Below, piece after piece: positions 52,671 to 64,000 of a DNA stretch of 64,000 nucleotides. The translations under genes were made by a program, and so were the position numbers. Each line of letters opens with the position of its first letter. The stretch's first letter is position 1. The notes below the pieces were generated by a model. That model ran no database searches, was not told where the DNA came from, and saw nothing but the letters and a program-made list of their open reading frames with translations. This DNA comes from Ptychomitrium polyphyllum (lineage: Eukaryota), in NCBI GenBank assembly GCA_973851085.1, contig OZ316775.1, positions 8,494,001 through 8,558,000 of the forward strand. Reading direction: 5' to 3'.

Positions 52671-55600
52671 ATTTAGATGAGATCTTCACTCCATCCATTT
52701 TTGCCAAGGTCAATGAAGTTTTAAGTCATGTATTCAACAATTTGGATTGTATAATAGTCTTTGTATATATATTTTATAATCATTGATGTCAACGGATGTT
52801 AAATCAAAATGCTCGAAATTTTAATTAGATTCTTTTGGACTCATGGTGATATGCACTTGAAAAAATTAAAAATTTCATTACATTTAGAATACCACCCTTC
52901 AAATCCATCACATTAAAATTTTATTCAAAATTAATCAACATTTTATCCCAACATAATTTTAGAAAGAACTTCAAATTTTAAGTTCTCTACCTTTAAGAAA
53001 AATATTGGTTCTTAAATTATCAAATCTAACCTCATAGATATAAACTATGATTCAAATTTTACAACTTTTATTTACACTCCAATTCCAAATTATACATCCA
53101 TGTGGTATTTCGAAATGGATCTTTGTAAATCTTCAAAATACAAGGTCAGTGTATCCTTTTAGGGTCAAGGACCTGAACTGATTGTGTGTTGTTTTCTTCT
53201 GCACAAGCTAAGGTATTCCATTTGCAGTATTGTTGTTGATTGAAAAAACAATACTAAATTCCCAAGTCATCTGGCTTTCACAGATATGATATTGTTTACC
53301 TTGTCATGGAACATCACACCTCAAATAATGCAGCACCTTTGAAAAGGTCTCAAAAATGCCTCATATCACCAATCTTGCCATTAGACCATTCAAAGTTGGG
53401 TGCCTAGAGTACCAACAGTGCCCTGCATTAGCCCACAAACTGTAAAAATGACACATGAAGCCAATCTGCTTTGGATCTAAACTCAATGCATCATGCATGG
53501 GTGTGTCTTTGACAAACTAGTGCATTATCAATAGTGGAGGCTTGCCTTTGGAAATGGAAGGATTACAATAGTGACACCAATAAAGGCCTCCTTCCATGGA
53601 TACTCAATGGGTGGAAATTCCATACTCACTAAGACAAATGAAATTACTGAATTTCTCACCTTAGAGGCTACGTAGAAAGAGGGCCTGAAGGTTGGGCTCT
53701 GTTGCTAAAGGATATCCAATAGAAAGATTGTTGAATTAATGCTGTTCTGGAATTGGTACATGCTGAGTTTTGTGCTAGACCTACACTGACTTTTGATATT
53801 TTGTAGTTATTCATGAGAATATGCACCTTAATGTCCTGAGGTCAGTGCATCCCTGCAAAATGTTCATGTTGTTTATTGAAAAAAATTGTGCAATGAAACA
53901 TCTGTAGGGTGGACAAGTTGTTTTCTCTTTCTTACAGTTGTAATAAAACTTATCACTATAATAAAAATTCAAATAAATTTTAATTCAAATTTAAAAAGTA
54001 TCAAACATCTACATGGTGACATTTACTGTATTTTCTAAAGTCATTGGTATGGCATTTCTTAGATCTAGGTAAAGCTGGACATTTTGGATGTTGAGGTCAA
54101 GAATCAATACAAGTAGGTTAGTTTTTCTTTCACTGTAAATTTGAGACATTCAAGTACCACTTTTGGCTTGTGCAGCAAAAGACTTTGAGCATACAGGCAG
54201 AGGCACTGCCTTCCAGTGCAATTCACCAGTCAAATCAAACAGCATAGCTGAGTGGTTATTTGAATGGAATGCTAAACATGTTCACACGTTGGATATTTTC
54301 CCTTCTCACAAATCATGCAATTGAGAAGAATAAACTATCTTAAAGTCTCCCCACACCTGAGCGTTTTCTGGAAGATAAGTGGGAGTTTGGAAATTGGTTA
54401 TTCACTCCTCTAGCAAGAGTTACTGTCAAAAAGTGTACTTTGTATGGTAGAAATTGTGAAGGTAAACCAAGAATTGCATGTAATAAGCCAATGAGGTCAT
54501 ACAGTTGTACATTAAGCCCTTCCCAAAGAGGAAAGGTTTGCAAAGCATGTTAATTTTTTAATTTTTGTCATAAATCAATCAAAATTATATTTCAAAATAT
54601 GTTTGATGAACCAATGAAAAGCATTTTTGATATTGGAGCATAGTCAAGGAGCCTTAAACTTTGGACCTCTCCAAGCTAGTTGAGTTCTCCAAGCCAATCT
54701 TTATCATGCTCTAAATGCTAATAGCTTTTTCAATTACTTCCTTCAAACTATAAGCATTTAATACTAATATTATAAATTGTTGAGGACTTTTATGTATGAA
54801 AAGAACACAGTTTAGAAATACATAAAAACTTCTACTTAAACATATAACTTCATTATGTTCAATTTTTTTTTTATTGTTAGAATCTTCACTACTTACCAAG
54901 ACAATTGCTGAACACTCAAAAAGGAGGGCAACAGATTAATGCATTATCCCCTCTTTGAGATACTATTTCAAGCAAATAGTTGGACTTTCTCAACTGAAAT
55001 GTTTTTGCTTCGATCAATCAAGTTCATTATACTTTCTTCTAGTATTTCTCTAGTATTTTCTTTCAACAAAATCATAAGTTTCAAATTCATGTTGAAAAGA
55101 TATCTGCAATAATAAAATGTGGTTGGATAGATTCAAAAAATAACAAGGCTTTTATCTACTCATTCAGTGAGAGTAAGTTGCAAAGAAGCACCAATAATTC
55201 ATAAAATTCTTTAATTATTTCATTGACTTGTGACAGAAGCTCAAATGTGTTCAAAATCACTAAAAAGTGAAAACCAGTCTGAGTTGTTTAGAAACAATTT
55301 CAATCTAGATTTTAAAAAGATTTGCTTCCAAGTATTAGTGGTCATAAATTATTCGTGTAGATTTGTGTATTTTAGATAGATTCACTTGTTTTGAAGCAAT
55401 TTACTACAATAATCTGCAAATTCATTCCATATTTATAATTACATTACAAAAATTTATTTCTAACAATTTTGTCATGGAAAATATGGAATATAGAAAAAAA
55501 TGACTATAAAATCAAGAATTTGCACAAAGATATGAGAAAAGTAATATGTCAAGTAGAGTTTTTACGTTTCTTCTTCCCAAAAGTTTGTATTTGTTATAAA

Positions 55601-58600
55601 TCATCTGTAAGATGTTTAACTGCTTATTTTAACTACATTGAGGTTATATTAAAAGTAATGGCATAAGTATCTTAAAAGGTCTGTAGAAATTTAGAATATA
55701 AAAACCATTTCAAGAATAGATATAATATCGTTTATAGTAATTGGTGTGGATAAATAGAAAATTAACATAGGCCACTTTAAATAACTTATTTGATGTTTGT
55801 AAATAAAACCATTATATTCTTCAATAATGACAAAATTTCCTTCTTGCTTTGGAATGTGAGAAGTCAAATATAAATTACATTAAGATTTGATAATTTTAGC
55901 TCATTTAATAAACTTTGAATTCAATTAAAGAAAACAATTATTTTTTAAAAATATCCTTGAAAAGATATTAATAGAAATATTTGATAAATCTAGAATTTTA
56001 AAACTAATTAAAATAATCAAATTCATGAAAAGATGCCACCATTTCAATGGAATTATGGCTTCAATATTTGCACATTATAATCAATTGGTTAATGATAGTA
56101 ATGTCCAAAATTGAAGTCATAACTCTATTTGGAAGAAGCCTTTCTTTATAAATATGGTGATTAAAATTTCATTAAATTTTTTGAATTTATTTAAGACCAT
56201 ATTTTAATGTTCTATATTTCAATTTGAGAAGTTTATAAAAAGCATAAATATTACTAATTTTAGCTATGGTATCATTCCTAACTCTCAGAAATGTGTGCAT
56301 AATGAAAGATTTTCAAATGGGTGTAAGTTGTGAAGATGTAGTGACAAAAAAAACTTGAACCTTGCATATGACTTGAAGTTGACACTTCACCCAACACAAA
56401 CGGAGGGTACCGTTGTAGGAAGATATAGGAAGGTTACTCCTTACGGCATAGTCTTGACAGAGCAGAGCAGACGTCCGCTTTAGAGCACACCGAACCAAAC
56501 CATATTCCTCTGGACTCTGGAACTTAGGGGAGTAGGTGTACCAGCACCTACTGTAGGAAGTTCCGAAATGGAGCACATTTTAAATGTGTGCAATGCACAT
56601 GTGCCACAGTTCCACTCTGTCACACGGTCACTGCAAGCCCCACCACCTTTCTGTGTCCCTTTATGGCCCTTTATGCTCAGTCGCTTTTTCAGAAGCATTC
56701 TGCGCCAATCAAAGAACACTGCATCGTTTCACTTTCTCTGTGACGGACCAGACTAAGTACTTGCACTTTGAAATTTTCATGTAACCGACCAGTGACACAC
56801 ATGCACGTATTGCAAGCTTTTAGTATTCCTTCGAAATGGGATAACCTTGATAAGTAGGCATAAAAAGTCATTTAGTAACTTTATTGAGCTCTTGGAGGCC
56901 TTTTATTGGCGTAGTCAACAGCGTGCAGCCTGCAGCTCTCTAAAACAAGTACCTAGTTTAAACTAGTCCACATTATGAAGATGAACAAGGAGAACAATAA
57001 GTTAAAAAGATCAAAGACCAAAGCATAAGTAACACTAAATTAAAACCTTAATAATATAAGGTTTGCAAAAGAAATGTAAAGAAAATATTGTTTGTTAATA
57101 CTAATAATGAGAGTGATGTGAGGTATTCATGTTGATTGTTTTCTAAATCATCTTTGATTTCTAATAAAATCTATGATATTTATTATAACATGTCACTTTC
57201 ATAAATTTGATGAGGTTCTAGTCAAAAAGAAATAACAATCATAACATATAAAGTAATCTTGCATATAAATTTTTATGATTTAAGGCAAATTAAATATTCA
57301 AAAGATATTTCAAATTTGTATACAAAATTCAGAAATATATAAAACATTAAAATTACTTTTTTTGTTTAAAATTTGATGTTTGGTGCAACAAACTAAAATT
57401 AGAATATAGTCTATGATTAATTTATGTGAATATTGATTATTAAGTTTAACGACCATGATATCTTTATTATTTCAAACAAAAATTTGATTAATACTAAAAT
57501 AAATCCACTCCATCATTAGGCTAAACAATGATACATTCTAAGGTTGTATTAAATAAGTAGTATGGTAATAGAAGACCTTGAAATCGTTATGCAGTTTAGA
57601 ATTTGACACCTCAATAGTCAACTTATGATTGACTTATTCAAATACAAAAATTCATTGTTAAAAAATAATCATATGGTTATTGATCATGCAACTTGTACTT
57701 CAATTTTAAAAGATAATACTTTTGATAGTTTCAATCTTTTTTTAACATTATGTAATACAAATGTATGCTATGACCTTTGCATCCATCACATAACATACTA
57801 CAACTTTCATCACGTTAAGTCCAAACTAATCAAAATACACAATTTTTTCAATAATAGTTTTGATATGCTTAGTTTATATTTGTTCCATACATGAAATTTT
57901 CTAAAAATAAGGACAACTTGTCTTTATATTAGAATGCAAAAAAATAATAACAAAGGAAAGTAATTACTTTTTGTAGTCAATATTGATAAGTATTATTTAT
58001 CAATGAATTCAAAGTCTAATAATTAAAAAATTGGACATCAATAAAATCATATATTTAACAATAAAATCATACCTTTAGGAAAGAACAATTAGGAATCTCT
58101 AAAAATTGCCCTGGAAGGATTACAAGCACTAAAAGAGTTATCAAGACACGATGTGGTTGGGGTTTTAACCAAATACAATGTTTGTCTGAAAAGAACAACA
58201 ACCACCCTGCAAATCTCGTGTAGCTTGTTTAGCTTTTCTCTGGTCTAATCATCCTCTGCGAATCTTGAAAGTTTGCATCAATATATTTGACAAAGTTTAT
58301 CTACCTACTATATATATGTACCATGTATTTGTTAACAACAATACACCCTTTTGCATGGCATGTGAACTACCCTCTTCAATGGATTACAGACTTTTAGACG
58401 GTGGGAAGATAAACTCTGTCAAATATACGGTAGGTGAATGAATATTTTCAAATATACAGTAGGTGGGAAAAACCCGTCAGATGTACCGTATTTGTGTATC
58501 ATCCGTACCCTTTGACAGTACACCATTATCTGCAAATCCTATGGCCTTCATTAATTGCAATGGATTTCTACTTACTAAAATCAAAACATTCTATAAAATA

Positions 58601-59728
58601 ATAGGTAAATGTGTAGTTAGAAAGGAATTAACCAAAAAAATTGCAGAATTCAGAGCCTATGACACTTCAAAGCATGATATTTTTCATATCCTGGTATGAA
58701 AACAGTATATGGTACTGGGTATGCTAAATATGGAATTTAGTGTCATGGTAAATTAGTTCACAGATATAGTGTCATACTAAATGTTAACATGCTTTTGACT
58801 GAACTATTCATAAATGATCTATAAAGTATCTTGTTTTTCCAATCAAAAGCTTGTTAACATTTAGTGTTGGTAACATTGATTTAATAGTCTCCATTTGATA
58901 ACATAATAAGATATCTAGAATTGATGTCACTAAATACCATTTTTAATATAGTCACTACTATTTTTATTCTAAATAATATAGGCCACATTTATAGTAGAAA
59001 TTTCAATTATTTGAAAATACTTTGATCAATGTGAGTAACAATAATTAACAAATCGGTTTATTTGGGACATTTAAGAATTGCATCATATAATACATTAAAG
59101 AAAAACATGCCCTTATGAATTATAGATGACAACATAATTTAAGAAATGATATTATTTAGATATTGGATATTTGTAAATTGAAATCTTCCAATTCGATATC
59201 AAATTATAATATAATCCATAAGATTAGCACTTTATATTACAAACACTTTAAACAAGCAAGCATGATTATTATTATTTGGAAGCAATTATTTTTTTAAGTC
59301 CTTATGAGCAATGGAAAGAAAAATTTAACAGACTTTAACATGCATTTTTTAAACATTGTAAGAACAAATTATAAATTTTTAGAATTCTAAACAACAAGTA
59401 TCTTAAAAAGTGATAGGATGTACTTATTTTACTATGTAAAAAGAAAAGCGGAGCTTGCATCACTTGCCTTTGCAATTGTACAATTATTAGCAGCTAAATC
59501 AAAAACTATCCTTGTGAATAATAGCTCATGCTTGCTATCTGTTTTAAATTTATTTTATAAAAACTCTTAAAAAGAACATGGGCATAATAGGATCTCACTA
59601 AGTGAATATTTCATAGCTAGGTATGAAACTACCAACTTCTATGGTTGCACATTGATGCCTTTACCACCTTGAGTAGCACTTGCTATTACATGGATAGTTT
59701 AGGGTCATTTGAACCAAAGGCTTGCTCT

Positions 59729-59860
59729 CTTGCATTCTTGAAAGTGTTGTCTTTCTAAAGAAAGCCCACAAGCTTGCATTCTTGAAAGTGTCATCCTTCT
59801 GGAGAAAGCCCACAAGCTTGCATTCTTGAAAGTGTCATCCTTCTGGAGAAAGCCCACAAG
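59729..59860. repeat. Tandem repeat, 3 x 44 bp
   Basis: CTTGCATTCTTGAAAGTGTCATCCTTCTGGAGAAAGCCCACAAG; units 2 and 3 identical, unit 1 diverged; no spacers. Confidence 0.92.
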
Positions 59861-62130
59861 CATCTTCACAAGCATCTTCAATAATACTGGAGAAGTATGA
59901 TGTGCTCTCTGGGTGCAAGTATCACAAAATTTCGCAGGGTGTTTGAGTCCAAGAAGGGAAAGAGAAAGACAATGTGGTCCAAAAGGAGCTATCAGCTAAG
60001 AGCAGAAGCATAATTCCACAACCTTTAGGTAGAAATTATTGAGATGCATAGTCGTCTTTTTAAAAATCACCTTGATATCAGATATCTATGTACACACATG
60101 CTGTACCTGTGTTAGTGCCTTTGCTTCAACAGCTCTGGTCAATCATTCAGTGAGTTAGAAGATTGAGTGGTGACCGCAGCGTCTACAAAAAGGCTCCCAG
60201 TAGATGGATCTTTTGTTCAATGATGCCTACAGTGCAATAGCATCAATGCTTTTATTAGCTCCTGCTCTTAAAGGTTCACATCCAACTCTTAAAGAATGAT
60301 TTGATGAGTGAGTGCCCTTTCAGCTTCAAACATTTGATGATATTATTTAAATTCCATTAGTAGTTTGCTATCACTAGTAAGCTATTACAAAATCTTGGAT
60401 GCTCATAAATGCTATTCTTTTGTATGAGTTGTTAAAACTTGTATCGTTTTACAAATACATCTTACCAGGATATTGAAACTATTGTAATTCAATTGTTTTA
60501 ATTGAATGAAATTGAAATTTTCATATAAAGTTTTGAACTCCATAAAGTAAGGACTCTTTGACTATTATATAAACACTTGTTTAGGATTCTTTTAAAGTCT
60601 TCCTTACTAAAGTGTCTTTTCTTCTTCTTTAAGCATTTATCTTTTCCCTTCTTTGCTTGATTTAAAAATAATCCCACATCAAATTATTGTCTTTTCCATT
60701 ACATAATCTTCCAAGTTAAGCATTGCTGCAATGTTTTTTAAATTTTTTTTGTGGTTAAGCACTTTTTTACACTTTTGTATTTCTTTCAAACATTTGCTTC
60801 TTTGTGCAAGCTTGCCATTTAAAAAAAAATTGTTCCAATCTTTCCTATCTTTGCTTATGCTTCAAAATCAATAAATCAAAATTAGAAATTTGGATTTCAA
60901 ATTTTAAAGAGAACATACATTTTGGCAAAAATAAAACTACTTATATTTGCATGCTTGTAGTGTTTTTTTAAATATCCATGCATAATACAGAAAATATAAG
61001 TATTTTTCTTGTATAACTCCTCTAAGTTATATTTCTTTAAGAAAAATATTATATTTTAAAAACAAGTAATTAATATGTGTAGGATTTTGGATTGAGTTTC
61101 AACTCCAACCATATTTTAGATTAGGTTTTAATTCCAACCTTGTCTTGGATTGGTGGCTAACTTATAACCATAAGAATCTCCATCTCTATAAGTCTTTTGA
61201 CCTTCAATTTTTTTTGGATATAAATTACCAAGTTATTATTCTATATATTGGTGGGATTTAGAGCTATTAAAATCCATATCTTAATAAAACTACAAATGTT
61301 GTAGTACTTAAATTATGAAAAAGCCAAATCAGCATTGACTTTAGTTGAAAAGCAGCCTTGGAAAAATGTAGCTATAATTTTAAGCACCATCATAAAATTC
61401 CAGAAAATCACTGTATTAAAAAAATGTCATTTCAGATCCATTCCAACCAAATTTATGCAAAAGATGTTAGTGTTTTGTTTTTAATAAAACTTTAAAGGAC
61501 TCTTGGATTTTGAATCCAAAATTTTGTAATAACTTACTGAGGTGATAGAAGTAGTGAATTTAAACATATGGTAGAAATCTTTACTCCCGTAGCCAACACG
61601 AGGAGTAAGGCAGCCCTTAGAATGGCGCGGGCACGACGAGGTGCCCATCGGCAGAGGAGACGTTGGCAGTGCAGAGAGCAACAAAGTGAATTTGAAATGA
61701 GGAAGACCATGAAGGAGGAGGAGAAGGATTATTGCCCAGCGAGGGACGAAGACGCCCGCACGGTCCGCCGTAGCAGCGAGGCCAAAGAGGAGCCGGGACG
61801 GAATGGCGGGCGTAGCGCTCTCCTGGTGGGGCCCAGAAACGCATGTGAACAGTGCACTAAGGCAAGTTCTCCACCACTGTGGAGATACTCTTTTTTGTGT
61901 GGTTTCAAAATTTGCGTTCCACGTGTCAGAGTCCATCTGTTCCCTTCCGGGCCATTCCACGTGTTTGCCATGTACTGTCCAACTAAGGGACACGTTTTGG
62001 AGTTCACACGGTCGACAACTTTCTGCATGAAAAAGCTTTGGGTCCTCAACAGGCTGAAGGAACTTCAGTAAAAATTCTTGGGGTTTTGTAAGCGCATGGG
62101 CGCTGCACAGTTGCCATCCGAGAAGCCCGG

Positions 62131-63073
62131 CTAAAGGTAGCCGTTCGACTCGGTTTGCGGGAGCGCGACACAGTCGCGAAGTTTTGCATTTTGGCGTTGT
62201 ATGTTTGTCGTTGTCTGTTCAGGGTACTGATATGGTCTACGCAAATACGTGCTGTAGATGGACTGTGCTCGACCATTTTCGAGCAGACGAATGGAACTGT
62301 TCTTGGAAGTCACATGTTCCTCGTCAACAAAACAACTTGCTGCACCAATCTCTAAGTCCTTGAGGGCCTGCTTCAACTCATGCAAATATCGAAGAAACTT
62401 GAAGGGCAGTTTGGCGAAATGGGCCTCAAGGGCAGCCACGAGACAACCAATAGCATGAGAGGGACCTGAAGGACCCGGGTAACTCATGTTACGGAACCAT
62501 GGAAATCTGGATTGAGAGTGACACTCAATATAATACAAGAAGGTCAGTTGAAGTATTTAATTTGCAAAGCAAAGAAGTCATTCTGGTATTATGAGAGCAT
62601 ACAAAAGTTCCACAAATGGTTCAAAGGGGAACGGAGCTCAAATTATCGACAAGAAACGTGGTCTTAACGTTAACCATAAATCCATAGGGAAACACAGGCT
62701 CTCCGCAACTAAGAAATCACTGGCATGAAAAACAAGAGTCTGCACTCTAGAGTCCAGAGTTATGTGATATTTTAAAACTATTATGTGTTTGTTCACCTCT
62801 GAACCGAAAAGAAACAAGGTACATTCGGTCATGAAATTCCATACCATATTCCTTCTGAACTAGGTCTTCACCATTAGACACTGGAGTCTCAAAGTTTCGA
62901 ACTGGTCCAAGCCGTCTAATTAAAGTATAAAAGCAACCTGGCCCTACAAGCAACCCATATCCCCTCCAATCGTTAAGCCCCACTGATCCAGTAATCCAGT
63001 AATCCGTTCCTATTGAACCATCAATAACTAAAGACTCACAGTTGTGACAAGACTTTAACCTTTCTGATTTCAT
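62131..63073 (-). other. Possible exon fragments of an unidentified gene or pseudogene
   Basis: Two minus-strand open frames (62747-63073, 62131-62538) in a CpG-containing island; candidate donor (atg|gtatgg) near 62845 and acceptor (tccag) near 62506. No family recognised. Confidence 0.25.
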
Positions 63074-63423
63074 TCATAGGATGATGTTTCCAAAGTTCCT
63101 ATTACTGTGTTTATCAAAGTCAAATTCCAGTCAAGGTGAAACAACCCATAACCACCCACGATCCACCAGCTCCTAAAAATTTAGAAATCACCATGTGCGT
63201 TACCATTAACTGTAAAAATTGGTATCTTTGGTGGTTTATACTTGGTTTATGCTTGGTGAGTGGTGGTAATGTATTGAAGTTGGGTGTAAATGGAAGCATG
63301 GAGTGGTAATAATGATGGTAAGGCAAATTCATACAAGTTGTGAAAAAATAACATATAATGGACTTAAGCTTGATGAATGGTGGTTATTAAATGGAACTTT
63401 GATGATTGAGGAGCTATCAAGTG

Positions 63424-63464
63424 GTGTTGTTATTGTTGTTATTGTTGTTGTTGTTGTTGTTGTT
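63424..63464. repeat. (GTT)n microsatellite
   Basis: Imperfect GTT/ATT run. Confidence 0.85.
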
Positions 63465-64000
63465 GGGCTAGTCTGATGGTGGATATTAACTATTTGCATA
63501 AACGCTTTTTGAAAACTCATAAGTGTTCAAATTTTATCATAACACTATATTCTTGATTGCATTGAATTACAAATATTATTCTTATCTACCAAAACTTGGT
63601 GAAATTTTATATAATTTTTACAAATGAAGGTATTTTTAAAATTTTGGTGGTAAATAAATTGTCTTACTTTAGAGTATGTTGAACCTAGCAAATGACATTA
63701 TTCTTGTATATGAGCATATGTACAAAAAGTTGTTAGTCTTAATAGAATGCTTGTTCTACATAGTATTCACAAAAATGCAATATTACATATACAAATCTTC
63801 ACATAATTACGCCTTATCAATTACAAAGAAATTCAAAATGCAACAATTCAATGTTATATGCCATTTTTGCATTTGTTCTTTAATTATAACTATTCAATCT
63901 AATTTGTATTAATTATCTTCAACATTTAATTAATATAAATTGTTATAGGTATCAAAAAAATTATGTCATAATGTTTTAATATAATCATTTAAAATCATTG

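Noticed and set aside
59729..59860. 44 bp repeats and LTR subrepeats as a CRISPR-like array
   Set aside because: Head-to-tail units without unique spacers, no cas genes, eukaryotic context.

Overview
AT-rich eukaryotic (land-plant) genomic DNA. The style strongly suggests a moss such as Physcomitrium, but that is inference only; no prokaryotic operons, CRISPR or RNA genes were seen. Main contents: (1) two direct copies, 29,835 bp apart, of a 5-exon reticulon-like (RTNLB) gene, each in a ~3.4 kb GC-rich tract that appears identical except for one base while the flanks are old diverged homologues; (2) between them, a nest of Ty3/Gypsy chromovirus (Tcn1/Tf1-like) LTR retrotransposons, including a full-length TSD-flanked copy (24659-31256) with a self-priming PBS, a -1 frameshift signal and an extra 3' ORF, and a ~3.5 kb apparently perfect inverted repeat between two separately inserted copies; (3) a solo LTR of another family; (4) a small two-exon conserved plant protein gene missed by the ORF track (47283-48412, minus); (5) decayed TEs, pseudogene-like fragments and short tandem repeats. 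The most interesting signal is two independent ~3.4-3.5 kb sequence-homogenisation tracts in one window (concerted evolution/gene conversion, unless an assembly artefact). Identity of the long repeats was judged from identical ORF translations, constant coordinate offsets and spot checks, not a computed alignment.
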